A stretch of DNA of 64,000 bases, from NCBI GenBank assembly GCA_026129095.1, contig JAHCIT010000008.1, positions 71,021-135,020 on the forward strand, written 5' to 3'. Shown here in pieces: positions 20,001 to 31,679 of the stretch (the stretch's first letter is position 1; each line of letters begins with the position of its first letter). A program made the translations under genes and the position numbers. The notes below the pieces were generated by a model. That model was not told the DNA's origin. It was given only the letters and a program-made list of their open reading frames with translations, and did not search any database. Source of the DNA: Deltaproteobacteria bacterium. GTDB lineage: Bacteria; JAGRBM01; JAHCIT01.

Positions 20001-20782
20001 TAACTGAACTGCCTGGCAATGGTATCGCCGTCCTTGAACCACAGTTCGGCGCCTTCGTAGCCTTCGCGGCCCTCCTGCATCTGGGCCAGCGTCTTCTGGT
20101 AGCCGATGGCCATGAGCGCCTGATGGGCGCGGGCCTGGTCCTTTTCCAGATAGTGGCAGTCGCCCGTGGCACAGAGCGGGATGCCGAGCTCCCTGCTGAA
20201 CGCAAGCATCTGCTCGTTGACCGTGCGCTGCAGCGGGATGCCGTTCTCCTGTATCTCCAGGAAAAAGTTTCCGCGGCCGAATATCCGGTCGTAGTCGAGC
20301 GCGGCCTGACGGGCCTCGTCGTACTGGTGCTGGGTGATCTTGTAGGCGACCTCGCCCTTCAGGCAGGCCGACAGGGCCACGATCCCCTCGGCATGCCGGG
20401 AGAGGAGTTCCTTGTCCACTCGCGGCCAGCGGTAAAACCCTTCCATGTAGGCGGCCGTCGAGAGCTTGCAGAGATTCCGGTAGCCCGTTTCATTGGTGGC
20501 GAGCAGAATCAGGTGGTTGGCGTACTTGGCCTTTTCCGGCGTCCGGTCATGCCGCGAGAACGGGGCTACATAGGCCTCCATGCCGATGATCGGATTCAGT
20601 CCGTGCTTTTTTGCCGCCTGGTAGAACTCCAGCGCCCCGCACATGTGCCCGTGGTCAGTCACGGCAATATGCTTCATGCCGAACTCGGAGGCACGCTTCA
20701 TCAGGGGCTCGATATGGTTGGCCCCGTCGAGAAAACTGTACTGCGTGTGCAGGTGAAGGTGCGCGAAATCCCCGGTCGCCAC
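17057..20782 (-). CDS. dnaE: DNA polymerase III alpha subunit
   Basis: PHP HLHLHTQYSFLDG, AVTDHG; GPGRGSAAGS; SMPDIDMDF; KFDFLGLKTLT; YGFNKSHS. Confidence 0.98.
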   Translation of the reverse strand: MATGDFAHLHLHTQYSFLDGANHIEPLMKRASEFGMKHIAVTDHGHMCGALEFYQAAKKHGLNPIIGMEAYVAPFSRHDRTPEKAKYANHLILLATNETGYRNLCKLSTAAYMEGFYRWPRVDKELLSRHAEGIVALSACLKGEVAYKITQHQYDEARQAALDYDRIFGRGNFFLEIQENGIPLQRTVNEQMLAFSRELGIPLCATGDCHYLEKDQARAHQALMAIGYQKTLAQMQEGREGYEGAELWFKDGDTIARQFSYCPEAVANSLEIASRCNFEFNLKGYHPPTFSCPDGVTAEDYFEKCAREGLDSRLGRLEQLGRKLDPASRDRYRERLEYETRVIREMGFAGYFLIVSDFTRYAKQRGVPVGPGRGSAAGSLAAWALDITDVDPIPYDLLFERFLNPQRKSMPDIDMDFCEERRGEVITYVSEKYGGRDRVAQIITYGKLKAKAVIRDVGRVLDIPLHEVNQIAGLIPLRIPEKENPLDVKLEDALRVEPRLKEKIAQRPELTDLMGLARTLEGLYRQASKHAAGVVIADRDLTDYLPLSLVKGEDVVTQFDMKGVEKIGLIKFDFLGLKTLTLIHYAERAIRKNHKPDFSIYDIPMDDPRTFDVISSGDSVGIFQIESEGMKNAVVQLQPRSIAEISDVLALYRPGPMDNIPEFADRKFGRRRTTYLFPELEPILGPTQGIIVYQEQIMQICQVICGMDLGQADLLRRAIGKKDQKAVAEQCELFVKLAAERGFDRAKSRELADLIAKFANYGFNKSHSVAYAFVAYQTAYLKANYPVEFMAALLTIEARGQDGQNKTLKNINECRRMGIEVLPPDVNESELEFAATGKKIRFGMHGLRGVGAQAATAVIEARQKESRFRSLYDLTARVDTRRVNRKVFEALIECGAMDSFGRPRRQLYESLEPAIAASESDRHDREVGQGGLFGGSAALAVQEKYAEADEWPKREKLQRERQVLGVYLTDHPLREVEAQFAPYRTHTIAEVLELSDRTPVRVLALCTEIAEKRNKKGDLYAKARFEDPTGVLNVFLSADTWSRIQVNLYGAPEPAAAPAGIPAPETGVSPEPGDGNGNGAKAAGMDRGPLRVTEPFLLVGTVSKEEEELPADTDMQDEAMRPRTKTVEIRASDVLDYGQFLEKYGERVVLSVDRSKWERGRAERLMGDLRRHRGDASVVIELKLGDGRRLEAQLPSDVSVPTAPGFLEFVRTHYPEFGLRVTVPERNYVSEQSGPEWRRRS

Positions 20783-20794
20783 GTCAGACGGTCC

Positions 20795-22348
20795 TTATTC
20801 CCACTCAATCGTGGCGGGCGGCTTGGACGAAATGTCGTACACCACCCGGTTAATGCCCCGCACCTCGTTGATTATCCGGTTACTTGCCGTCCCAAGCAAC
20901 TCGTAAGGAAGCCGCGCCCAGTCTGCGGTCATTCCGTCATCGCTGGTCACTGCCCGGATTGCACAAACATTCTCGTAGGTTCGCTCGTCACCCATGACTC
21001 CCACGCTCTGCACCGGCAGCAGGACCGCAAAACTCTGCCACACCTGCCGGTAGAGTCCTGCCTTGCGGATTTCCTCAAGCAGGATGGAGTCCGCTTTCTG
21101 AAGGATTTCAACACGTTCGCGTGTCACCTCGCCGAGTACCCGGATGGCGAGACCGGGACCGGGAAACGGCTGCCGCTCGATCACAAATGAGGGCAACCCG
21201 AGTTCTTTCCCCAGGGCGCGCACTTCGTCCTTGAACAGCTCGCGCAGCGGCTCGATCAGCTTCAGGTTCATCTTCTCGGGCAGTCCGCCCACGTTGTGAT
21301 GGCTCTTGATGACGGATGCAGGCCCGCGCACCGATACTGACTCGATCACGTCCGGATAAAGCGTCCCCTGCACAAGGTATTCCACCGTGCCGAGCTTCCG
21401 CGACTCCTCCTCGAACACGTCGAGGAAGGTGTTGCCGATGATCTTGCGCTTGCGCTCCGGGTCAATCACGCCCTTGAGGCGGTCCAGAAACAGATCGCTC
21501 GCATCGACGTAGACGAGATTCAGCTTCACATCGCTGGTGAACACCGATCTCACCTTGTCCGCCTCGCCCTGGCGGAGCACGCCGTTGTTGACGAACACGC
21601 AGGTCAGTTGCGGCCCCACTGCACGGTGGACCAGCGCAGCGGCGACAGCCGAATCCACCCCGCCCGACAGGGCACAGAGCACCCGGCCCTGACCCACCTT
21701 GCGGCGGATGTCGGCGATCTCGTTCTCGATGAACGATCCCATCGTCCAGTTTGACCCGACGCCGCAGACGCGATGCACGAAGTTGCCGAGCAGTTCCCGG
21801 CCGAACTGGGAATGAACCACTTCGGGATGGAACTGGACGCCGTAAACCGTATTGCTTTCGTTCGCCACCACCGCCAGCGGCGTATTGTCCGAATGGGCGA
21901 TGGGGCGGAACCCCTTGGGGAGGGCTTCCACCTTGTCGCCGTGGCTCATCCAGACCGTCTGTTCCTTCGGCAGCCCTTCAAAGAGGGCTGAAGGCTCGTC
22001 CACCACCAGCGTGGCACGCCCAAACTCACGCTTGTCGCTCCGGGCGACACGTCCGCCCAGGAGCTGCGTCGTGAGCTGGAGCCCGTAACAGATGCCCAGA
22101 ATGGGGACACCAAGGCGGAAAATCTCCGGGTCAATGGTGGGCGCGCCCTCCTGGTAAACCGATGCGGGCGAACCGGACAGGATGATACCCCGGGGGTTGA
22201 GCTCCCGTATCTTCGCCAGCGGGTAGTTGAACGGCTGGATAGCGCAGTAGACCTGCATCTCGCGCACCCGGCGGGCGATCAGCTGCGTGACCTGCGAACC
22301 GAAATCGAGGACAAGAATCCTGTCGGACGGGACCGGAGATTCGGGCAT
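20795..22348 (-). CDS. guaA: GMP synthase (glutamine-hydrolysing)
   Basis: [47 protein letters not shown]. Confidence 0.98.
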   Translation of the reverse strand: MPESPVPSDRILVLDFGSQVTQLIARRVREMQVYCAIQPFNYPLAKIRELNPRGIILSGSPASVYQEGAPTIDPEIFRLGVPILGICYGLQLTTQLLGGRVARSDKREFGRATLVVDEPSALFEGLPKEQTVWMSHGDKVEALPKGFRPIAHSDNTPLAVVANESNTVYGVQFHPEVVHSQFGRELLGNFVHRVCGVGSNWTMGSFIENEIADIRRKVGQGRVLCALSGGVDSAVAAALVHRAVGPQLTCVFVNNGVLRQGEADKVRSVFTSDVKLNLVYVDASDLFLDRLKGVIDPERKRKIIGNTFLDVFEEESRKLGTVEYLVQGTLYPDVIESVSVRGPASVIKSHHNVGGLPEKMNLKLIEPLRELFKDEVRALGKELGLPSFVIERQPFPGPGLAIRVLGEVTRERVEILQKADSILLEEIRKAGLYRQVWQSFAVLLPVQSVGVMGDERTYENVCAIRAVTSDDGMTADWARLPYELLGTASNRIINEVRGINRVVYDISSKPPATIEWE

Positions 22349-22372
22349 GGGGCTTCAGTTCCCTCGCTTGGT

Positions 22373-23890
<1,518 letters not shown>

Positions 23891-23934
23891 TCAGCGGCTT
23901 GTCGGGAGAGAAAATTCAGACCAAACATGGGCGG

Positions 23935-23988
23935 TGGTTACCGTCCCGGCCGTTTCCTGTCAAGCAAGGCCTGCCGCGGTTATCCACA
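23935..23988 (-). promoter_or_regulatory. Putative guaB promoter with upstream DnaA box
   Basis: Minus strand TTGACA (23963-23958)-N17-TAACCA; perfect TTATCCACA at 23980-23988. Confidence 0.55.
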
Positions 23989-24041
23989 AGCGAGGATGCT
24001 GTCCGGCATGACCCGGCAGCGGAAGGATTCATGCCCGCCAA

Positions 24042-25064
24042 ATGACCGTTGCCAATGCACTATCGGCCCTCGCCCGCCGGGAAACCCTGGACGAAGCCAC
24101 GCTGACCGCCGCGCTGAACGAGATCGCCGGGGGTGAGGTGCTGCCCGAGAAGATCGGCGGCCTCCTGATGGGTATCGCTGCCCGCGGTGCGGCGGTCGAG
24201 GAACTGGTAGCGGTCGTCCGGTTTCTGAGGTCACGCATGGTGACGATCCAGCCAAGGGTGGAGACACCGCTCATCGACACCTGTGGCACCGGCGGCGACG
24301 GGCTGGGCACGTTCAACATCTCGACGACGGCCGCCATTCTTGCCGCTGCCGCCGGGGCGAAGATCGCCAAGCACGGCAACCGGGCCGCCTCATCGAAATC
24401 CGGATCAGCCGACGTGCTGGAAGCCCTCGGCGTGGATACTGCCGCTTCCGCCGAACGGGTCCGCAAATCGGTCGAAACCATCGGCATCGGCTTCCTGTTC
24501 GCTCCAGCCCACCACCCGGTGATGAAGGCCGTCGGTCCGGTACGCAGATCGCTCGGGGTAAAGACCATTTTCAATCTCGCCGGGCCACTTTCGAACCCCG
24601 CCGGGGCAAGGCGGCAGCTTGTCGGTGTCTATGCACCGGAGCTGATGCATCTCTTTGCACAGGCATTGCGGGAGCTGGGCTGCGAACGGGCGATGATCGT
24701 CCACGGCCGCGATGGCCTCGATGAGATCACGCTCACCACGCCAACCGACTTCGTTTCCCTGGAACCGGACGGGGAAATCCGGGGTGGGGTGCTGGATCCC
24801 AAGGCGCTGGGACTTCCCTACTGCAAGCCGGAAGACCTCGCCGGAGGCGACCCGAAGGCCAATGCTGAAATCACCCGGCGGATACTTTCGGGGACCGAAA
24901 CCGGCCCGGCAGCCACCTGCGTCCTTGTAAACGCCGCCGCTGCCCTGTGGGTGGGCGGCGTGTCGAAGGACATCAAGCAGGGAATGGCACTGGCTGCCGG
25001 GGCCATCAGTTCGGGCGCCGCCGGGCGGACCCTGGAGAAGCTCGCGGAGATATCCCGTGGCTGA
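24042..25064 (+). CDS. trpD: Anthranilate phosphoribosyltransferase
   Basis: DTCGTGGDG..FNIST, KHGNRAASSKSGSADVLEALG, GLDEI. Confidence 0.97.
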   Translation: MTVANALSALARRETLDEATLTAALNEIAGGEVLPEKIGGLLMGIAARGAAVEELVAVVRFLRSRMVTIQPRVETPLIDTCGTGGDGLGTFNISTTAAILAAAAGAKIAKHGNRAASSKSGSADVLEALGVDTAASAERVRKSVETIGIGFLFAPAHHPVMKAVGPVRRSLGVKTIFNLAGPLSNPAGARRQLVGVYAPELMHLFAQALRELGCERAMIVHGRDGLDEITLTTPTDFVSLEPDGEIRGGVLDPKALGLPYCKPEDLAGGDPKANAEITRRILSGTETGPAATCVLVNAAAALWVGGVSKDIKQGMALAAGAISSGAAGRTLEKLAEISRG

Positions 25065-25890
25065 GAGCATCCTCGACCGTATTGTTGCCCGGCGGCGCAT
25101 CCGGCTCGCCGAAACGAAAGCCCGTGTGCCGCAGCAACAAATGGAAGCGCAGGCAGCCGCCACGCCCGTACCACCGCGCCTTGAGACCTGCTTTGAAACC
25201 GTGTCCAGCGCGCCCCATTCGGCCCGCCGGGCGATTCTGGCGGAGATCAAGAAAGCCTCGCCATCCAGGGGCGTATTCCGCGAAGACTTCGACCCCGCCG
25301 GATTCGCCCGCTCATACGCCAGCGCCGGGGCAGCGGGGCTGTCGGTACTTACGGAGGAGGATTTCTTCCAGGGCTGTCTGGGCTACCTGACCGACGCGGC
25401 AAAGGCGTCCGGGCTTCCCTGTCTTCGCAAGGATTTCCTGTTCGACCCCTATCAGGTCATCGAGGCCCGGGCGGCTGGCGCCAGCGCCATCCTGCTGATC
25501 GTTGCCATGCTCGCCGATGCCGATATCCGTCTGTTGATGGATACAGCCCGCCAGTGGAAGCTCGATACTCTGGTCGAAGTCCACGACGAGACCGAACTGG
25601 ACCGGGCGCTGGCGGGCGGGGCCATGTTCATCGGCATTAACAACCGCGACCTGAAGACGTTTGATACCGATCTCGCAGTCACGGAGCGGCTGCTCCCGAA
25701 AATACCGGCGTCCGCCCGCGTGCTTAGCGAAAGCGGGCTGGCGAGGGGCAGCGACCTCGACCGGCTTGCCGCGGCCGGAGCGGGCGGTTTTTTGATCGGC
25801 GAAACATTCATGCGCGCCGCCGATCCCGGCGCCGAATTACGGAGGCTCCTCGGAGAATGTCATCCGGCCGCGCACACAGCCGCCCGCTGA
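25057..25890 (+). CDS. trpC: Indole-3-glycerol phosphate synthase
   Basis: AEIKKASPS, LSVLTE, LRKDF, GINNRDL, SESG. Confidence 0.97.
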   Translation: MAESILDRIVARRRIRLAETKARVPQQQMEAQAAATPVPPRLETCFETVSSAPHSARRAILAEIKKASPSRGVFREDFDPAGFARSYASAGAAGLSVLTEEDFFQGCLGYLTDAAKASGLPCLRKDFLFDPYQVIEARAAGASAILLIVAMLADADIRLLMDTARQWKLDTLVEVHDETELDRALAGGAMFIGINNRDLKTFDTDLAVTERLLPKIPASARVLSESGLARGSDLDRLAAAGAGGFLIGETFMRAADPGAELRRLLGECHPAAHTAAR

Positions 25891-26516
25891 AGGTGAAGAT
25901 CTGCGGGATCACCAGCGCCGGGGACGCGCTCGCAGCCGTCCATGCCGGAGCGGACGCCATCGGCCTGATCTTCCATCCCGGAAGCCCCCGCGCCGTCACC
26001 GTGAAGCAGGCCCGCGAAATCGCGGACGCCCTGCCACCCTTCATCGTGGCGGTAGGGGTGTTTGTGAATGCGGGCGAACGGCAGGTGCGGGATACCCTCG
26101 CTGACGCCGGACTCGATGCGGCGCAGCTTCATGGTGACGAACCGCCCGAACTGGTCACAAAACTGGGACGCCGGGCCTACAAGGCGCTCCAGATACGCTC
26201 GCGGAGCGAACTGGACCGGCTGGACCTGTACCCCGGTCCGGTGCTGCTGGATGGCTGGTCCGGCACGGCACGGGGCGGGACCGGCTCGCGGATACCGGCA
26301 AGCCTCGCCAAGGCGGCACGGAGCCGGCTCGCCCGGCAGAAGCGCCACCTGATCCTTGCCGGTGGACTGGCCCCCGATAACATTGTAGAGGCCGTGGAAG
26401 CGGTCGATCCGTGGGCCATAGACGTCAATTCCGGCGTGGAAGCCTCGCCGGGAAAGAAAGATCCGCGGAAGATCGCTGAACTGTTCCGGATCCTTCGGGC
26501 CGAGCGGCTGATATAG
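25857..26516 (+). CDS. trpF: Phosphoribosylanthranilate isomerase
   Basis: VKICGIT, QLHGDE, LAGGL, DVNSGVE. Confidence 0.97.
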   Translation: MSSGRAHSRPLKVKICGITSAGDALAAVHAGADAIGLIFHPGSPRAVTVKQAREIADALPPFIVAVGVFVNAGERQVRDTLADAGLDAAQLHGDEPPELVTKLGRRAYKALQIRSRSELDRLDLYPGPVLLDGWSGTARGGTGSRIPASLAKAARSRLARQKRHLILAGGLAPDNIVEAVEAVDPWAIDVNSGVEASPGKKDPRKIAELFRILRAERLI

Positions 26517-26528
26517 AACGCCCCGGCT

Positions 26529-27809
26529 ATGTCATTAACGGAGTCCCGTTCCATGCCGTCCCGTTCCACAGCCGAACTGCTGAAACCCAAGGGGCATTTC
26601 GGCGTCTTTGGCGGCCAGTATATCGCCGAAACGCTGATGCCCGCCGTGAACGAGCTGGAAGCGGCCTTCCTCCAGTACAAGGATGATCCGGAGTTCCGGA
26701 CGGAACTGGACCACTGGCTGAAGACCTACGTGGGGAGGCCCTCCCGGCTTTATTTCGCCGAGCGCCTCACCCGGCAGCTCGGCGGCGGGAAGATCTATCT
26801 CAAGCGCGAGGATCTGAACCACACCGGCGCGCACAAGATCAACAACGTCATGGGGCAGGTGATGCTGGCCCGGCGGATGGGCAAGAAGCGAATCATCGCC
26901 GAAACGGGCGCTGGCCAGCATGGCGTCGCCACCGCGACCGTCTGCGCGCTCTTCGGCCTGGAATGCATCGTGTACATGGGACTCGAAGATACCCGCCGCC
27001 AGTCGCTGAATGTTGCCCGGATGGAACTGCTCGGCGCGAAGGTGGTTCCGGTGATGAGCGGAACCCGGACCCTGAAGGACGCCCTGAATGAAGCGCTCCG
27101 CGACTGGATCACCAACATCCGGACCACCTTCTATGTAATCGGTACCGTCGCGGGACCGCACCCCTACCCGTCCCTCGTCAAGGAGTTCCAGTCCGTGATC
27201 GGACGCGAAACGATGGACCAGCTGGAAGCGGCCGAGGGGCGGCGGTATCCGGACCTGTGCATTGCCTGTGTCGGAGGCGGATCGAATGCGATGGGCCTGT
27301 TCGCGCCCTTCATCGAACACCCGGAGGTGGAACTGGTGGGCGTCGAGGCCGCCGGCAGCGGCATCCGGTCAGGAAAGCATGCGGCTTCGATCAGCGGCGG
27401 CAAGGTCGGCGTCCTGCACGGCAACAAGACCTATCTTCTGATGGATGCCGACGGGCAGGTGGCCGAGACGCACTCCATCTCCGCCGGCCTCGACTACCCC
27501 GGCGTGGGGCCTGAGCTCGCCTCGATGGCCGAGACGGGGCGGCTCAATGTGGCCACTGCCACCGACGACGAGGCGATCGGCGGGGTCAGGCTGCTCGCCG
27601 GCACCGAGGGAATCATTCCGGCCCTGGAAAGCGCCCACGCCATCGCCTATCTGTCGAAGCGTGCGCCCGGAACCCCGAAGGACAGCATCATCGTCGTGAA
27701 CCTGTCTGGACGCGGCGACAAGGACATGGTGACGGTGACGGACTATCTTGCCGCCCGGAAGCCTTCGTCCAGAAAGTCCCCGCGCCGGAAATCTGCGAAG
27801 CGAAAATGA
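26529..27809 (+). CDS. trpB: Tryptophan synthase beta chain
   Basis: [43 protein letters not shown]. Confidence 0.98.
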   Translation: MSLTESRSMPSRSTAELLKPKGHFGVFGGQYIAETLMPAVNELEAAFLQYKDDPEFRTELDHWLKTYVGRPSRLYFAERLTRQLGGGKIYLKREDLNHTGAHKINNVMGQVMLARRMGKKRIIAETGAGQHGVATATVCALFGLECIVYMGLEDTRRQSLNVARMELLGAKVVPVMSGTRTLKDALNEALRDWITNIRTTFYVIGTVAGPHPYPSLVKEFQSVIGRETMDQLEAAEGRRYPDLCIACVGGGSNAMGLFAPFIEHPEVELVGVEAAGSGIRSGKHAASISGGKVGVLHGNKTYLLMDADGQVAETHSISAGLDYPGVGPELASMAETGRLNVATATDDEAIGGVRLLAGTEGIIPALESAHAIAYLSKRAPGTPKDSIIVVNLSGRGDKDMVTVTDYLAARKPSSRKSPRRKSAKRK

Positions 27810-28615
27810 CCACCCGGATCGACACCTGTTTTGCCCGCCTGAAGGGCGAGAACCGGCCCGCGCTGATTACCTTCATCACGGCCGGAGATCCCAGCCTCGC
27901 GACAACGGAGGCACTCATCTACGAACTGGAAAAGCAGGGTGCCGACATCATCGAACTGGGCATGCCGTTTTCCGACCCCAGCGCCGACGGCCCCACCATA
28001 CAGGCTTCCAGCGAGCGGGCGCTGGCCGCCGGGACCACCGTCTCGAAAGTGCTCGCACTGGTCAAGAAGGTTCGCAGACGCAGCCAGATCCCGATCGTGC
28101 TGTTCGGCTACTACAACCCGATCTTCGCCCGCAGTCCCGAGAAGTTCGCCCGCGAGGCCCGCGATGCCGGGGCGGACGGGGTGCTGGTTGTGGATCTCCC
28201 GCCGGAAGAGGCTGGAGAACTGAAGCCCTATCTCGACCAGGCCGGGCTCAACCTGATTTACCTGCTGGCGCCGACCTCGACCGATGAGCGGATCCGGCTG
28301 GTGGCCGAACGGGCCAGCGGCTTTGTCTACTACGTTCAGGTGACCGGGGTAACGGGCGCGAGACAGGGACTTCCCGCGGATCTCCCGGAAAAACTTGCCG
28401 CCATCCGCAGGCACATCAGCCTTCCGGTCGGCGTGGGATTCGGCGTCAGCAGCCGCGAGCAGGCCCGGTCCGTGGGCCGGCATGGCGATGCCGTGGTGGT
28501 TGGAAGCGCCATCGTCTCCCGCATCGGGCAGTCCGGCTCAGGCCGCCGGATGGTGAAAGAAGTCGGCCGGTTCGTCGCGCAGCTCCGGCGCGGCGTCGAG
28601 GAGTCCCGCCAGTGA
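27806..28615 (+). CDS. trpA: Tryptophan synthase alpha chain
   Basis: [33 protein letters not shown]. Confidence 0.98.
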   Translation: MTTRIDTCFARLKGENRPALITFITAGDPSLATTEALIYELEKQGADIIELGMPFSDPSADGPTIQASSERALAAGTTVSKVLALVKKVRRRSQIPIVLFGYYNPIFARSPEKFAREARDAGADGVLVVDLPPEEAGELKPYLDQAGLNLIYLLAPTSTDERIRLVAERASGFVYYVQVTGVTGARQGLPADLPEKLAAIRRHISLPVGVGFGVSSREQARSVGRHGDAVVVGSAIVSRIGQSGSGRRMVKEVGRFVAQLRRGVEESRQ

Positions 28616-29514
28616 GCAGCGAACCGGAAAAAAATCCCCCCGCGCCCCGGGTTACCCGCCGGACGATCTGGATCGGCGGCGCGGCGGCAGCGCTGCTGGC
28701 GATCCTTGGTACCGCTTACTGGATGCTCCGGATGCCGGAAATCCGCGTTGACTGGTTCGAGTACCAGGCCGACCAGGAAGGCAACGTCAAGATCGACATC
28801 CTCTTCGGCATCGTCAACCGGGCCGCCTTCGACGTGGAACTGGGGGCCGTGGATATCCGTCTTGATGTGGATGGCTTCGAGCTGTACCGGAACCGGATCA
28901 ACCGGACCATACCGCTGCCGAACCATGAATCGGTCCCGTTCCCCGTCACCCTCCACATACCGGACGAAATCGGCGACCGGTTCTATTCGTCCAACCTCAG
29001 GTCGGCGACGGACCCCGACCAGCTTCGCCAGCGGCAGATTCCGTACGACCTGCAGATCGTGATCCAGATGTCCTCGCCGCTCAGCCGGGAATTCAAGGTC
29101 CGCTATCAGGGCACGTTCCCCGCGTTCCGTGTACCGGAGATCGAGCCGGTGCCGGGCGGGTTCCAGATACGGCAGTTCTCGCTCTCCAATCCGCTGCTCA
29201 CCCTGCCCGTACAGGTATACAACCCCAACGAGTTCGACATCGACGTCAAGGATCTGGAGTTCGACGTCTCGATCTACGGACGGCAGGTATCGCACGTGAA
29301 ACCCGACCAGACGATCCGGCTGGAAGCGGGGAAATCGGATGTGATCCGGTTCGACTTCAATGTGGAGACGATGAAACTCGGATTTGGCGGTATCGCCACA
29401 CTGTTCCGGGGGTACGTGGACCTGAACCTGCAGGGTGCCTTTACCGCCGGGACACCTTTCGGCAGCTTTCCGATCCGGTTCAGCAAGGACACCCGCCTCC
29501 AGCTCACCCGCTGA
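28612..29514 (+). CDS. Membrane-anchored protein with two LEA_2/WHy-like domains
   Basis: N-terminal TM; VNRAAFDVELGAVDIRLDVDG and VYNPNEFDIDVKDLEFDVSIYG (NPN motif); GTGA overlap with trpA. Confidence 0.7.
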   Translation: MSSEPEKNPPAPRVTRRTIWIGGAAAALLAILGTAYWMLRMPEIRVDWFEYQADQEGNVKIDILFGIVNRAAFDVELGAVDIRLDVDGFELYRNRINRTIPLPNHESVPFPVTLHIPDEIGDRFYSSNLRSATDPDQLRQRQIPYDLQIVIQMSSPLSREFKVRYQGTFPAFRVPEIEPVPGGFQIRQFSLSNPLLTLPVQVYNPNEFDIDVKDLEFDVSIYGRQVSHVKPDQTIRLEAGKSDVIRFDFNVETMKLGFGGIATLFRGYVDLNLQGAFTAGTPFGSFPIRFSKDTRLQLTR

Positions 29515-29649
29515 GCCCACGGCGCATCCCAAGTCAAGCAACGGCTCGCGCCGCCCATCTTCCCGCCCTTGCCGGGTGCGGTTCCGGGCAATTAGCCTCT
29601 TGGCATATTCGACGGTTCGCCCGCGAATGGCGTGAGGGACACGGCCACT

Positions 29650-29913
29650 ATGTCGAAAGACAACGGGAACGGAGCGGCATCGGCCGTACGGGGCGGCCGC
29701 ATTTTCGGGGCGGCCATGTTCAAGCCCATGCCGTGCGGCCAGCAGTTCGCCGTCGAGGACGTCGATCAGCACAGGTTTCTCGATTGTGACAATTACGACG
29801 AATGCCTGGACACGGCCGTCAAGAGGAAGTGGTCCAACTTCACCTGCTCCGAATGTCCGGTCTGGAGTTTCCACCGCCGGGGCCTGATCGGCAACAACGG
29901 CAACACGGGCTGA
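29650..29913 (+). CDS. Small Cys-rich hypothetical protein (putative metal binding)
   Basis: HRFLDCDNYDECLD..WSNFTCSECP; GAGGG RBS upstream. Confidence 0.65.
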   Translation: MSKDNGNGAASAVRGGRIFGAAMFKPMPCGQQFAVEDVDQHRFLDCDNYDECLDTAVKRKWSNFTCSECPVWSFHRRGLIGNNGNTG

Positions 29914-29926
29914 GAAGCCCCGCCTT

Positions 29927-31582
29927 TCAGACCGTCAGCACCAGTTCGACCGCCCGCTCTGCCGCGTCCTCGTAGGGCAGCAGCGCCACGTCAGCCCCTT
30001 CCGAGAGTACCAGTTCAGCATCAAAATGAAGATGGCTCGTGACGGCGATCTTTCCGGTAAAACCGGCCTGGCGGAACTCGTGCGTCAGCACCAGCCGGAA
30101 GTCGGTATGCGTGACGCCGGACAGCCGGGGCGGAATGGCCAGAATGATCCATTTTGCCTCCCGGAACGGCAGGCTCAGCGGAAAGTCCGGATCCTCGGCA
30201 TCCCCATACATCACCGGACAGCCCTTGCCGCGCCACGAATCCACCACGGCAGGATCAAAATCAATCCCCAGAACGGAGACGTTACGGTCCCTCAGTCCCC
30301 GGGCAATGGCTCCGCCATATCTCCCCAGCCCGAACAGGATGACATCATAATTCTCGCCAACACCGGCAGTTGAAGTCTCTTCCTCACGGTGCGTGTATTT
30401 CCGCTCGAAAGGGATCAGGAAGCGATCCAGTTTCGCATATAGCGGATGCGAATAGACGATCATGTAGGTGGAAAGGGTAATCGTCACCAGCCCGACGAGC
30501 GTCACCAGGCCCATCGCCTCCGGTCCCACATGGCCCAGCGAAACACCCATCGCCATGAAGATGAGGGAAAACTCGCTGATCTGTGCGACTGTGAGCCCCG
30601 CCAGGAATCCGGTCCTCCGCCGGTAGCCCATGTACCCCATGATCGCGAGGACAATCAGGGGATTGCCAATCAGCACGAAGGCCGACAGCGCGATAGCAGG
30701 TGACACCTGCGCGCCGAGCACGGAAAGATCCAGATGTGCCCCAAGACCGATAAAGAAAAACAGGAGCAGGAAATCCCTGACTCCCGACAGGCGCGAGCCG
30801 ACCGCATCACGAAACGACGTCGAGGCGAGCGAGACTCCCCCCAGAAGGCCGCCCAGTTCCCGGCCGAAGCCGAGCCACCCGCTCACGGCGGCCAGCACGA
30901 CCGCCCATGCCACGGCGAACGTCACCATCAGTTCCGGCGTCTGGGCCATGCGTTTCAGGAGCGGCTCGGCCACATAGCGGATCATCACCCAGACGGTTCC
31001 CAGCAGGATGATCCCGCTGAAAACCGTCATCAGCGGGCTTCGCGCCGTCTCGCCGATGCCTGCTCCCACCGCCGAGAGCACGACCATCGCGGCCACGACG
31101 AACAGGTCCTGAACGATCAGGAAACCGAGCGCGATCCGGCCATGCAGCGAATCGATCTCCCGCTTGTCCGAAAGCAGCTTGACGACGATGATCGTGCTCG
31201 AAAACGTCAGGGCCACCGCCGCGTAGGCGCTGGCCACCCAGTCCATGCCCAGCCCCATGCATATGAGGAATCCGAATATCGAGGTGAACGCCACCTGCCC
31301 CATGCCGGTCGCCACGGCGACCGGCCCCAGGGTGCGAATGAGCTGGATGTCGAGTTTCAGTCCGACCAGAAACAGCAGCAGCGACACGCCGATATCGGCC
31401 AGCAGGTGAAGGTGCTCCGGGCGGTTCATGATGCCGAGCACCGACGGACCGACGATGATGCCGACAGCGATGAAACTGACGATCAGCGGCTGGCGGAGCA
31501 GCACGCCCAGAAAGCCGGCAAGTGCCGCGATTGCCAGAATCGCGGCCACCTCGGCGAACACCGATTCAAAGACAAGTCCCAA
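29927..31582 (-). CDS. CPA2-family cation:proton antiporter with C-terminal TrkA-N/KTN domain
   Basis: Many TMs, FSSTIIVVKLL, LIVQD, QISEFS, FGLGRYG, YGDAED. Confidence 0.92.
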   Translation of the reverse strand: MGLVFESVFAEVAAILAIAALAGFLGVLLRQPLIVSFIAVGIIVGPSVLGIMNRPEHLHLLADIGVSLLLFLVGLKLDIQLIRTLGPVAVATGMGQVAFTSIFGFLICMGLGMDWVASAYAAVALTFSSTIIVVKLLSDKREIDSLHGRIALGFLIVQDLFVVAAMVVLSAVGAGIGETARSPLMTVFSGIILLGTVWVMIRYVAEPLLKRMAQTPELMVTFAVAWAVVLAAVSGWLGFGRELGGLLGGVSLASTSFRDAVGSRLSGVRDFLLLFFFIGLGAHLDLSVLGAQVSPAIALSAFVLIGNPLIVLAIMGYMGYRRRTGFLAGLTVAQISEFSLIFMAMGVSLGHVGPEAMGLVTLVGLVTITLSTYMIVYSHPLYAKLDRFLIPFERKYTHREEETSTAGVGENYDVILFGLGRYGGAIARGLRDRNVSVLGIDFDPAVVDSWRGKGCPVMYGDAEDPDFPLSLPFREAKWIILAIPPRLSGVTHTDFRLVLTHEFRQAGFTGKIAVTSHLHFDAELVLSEGADVALLPYEDAAERAVELVLTV

Positions 31583-31679
31583 CTCCCCTGAAAACTCCTT
31601 CCCGAAACGTCAGTCTAGCCCTATCCGCCCCCGGACGCATATGACCGGAAGCACCGGACCGGCTACATATCATCCCAGG

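Noticed and set aside
17057-20782. Possible intein in dnaE
   Set aside because: No C/S...HN splice termini or LAGLIDADG motifs; extra length is short low-complexity loops.
18248-21190. 980-aa plus-strand ORF
   Set aside because: Antisense shadow of dnaE/guaA; no independent motifs.
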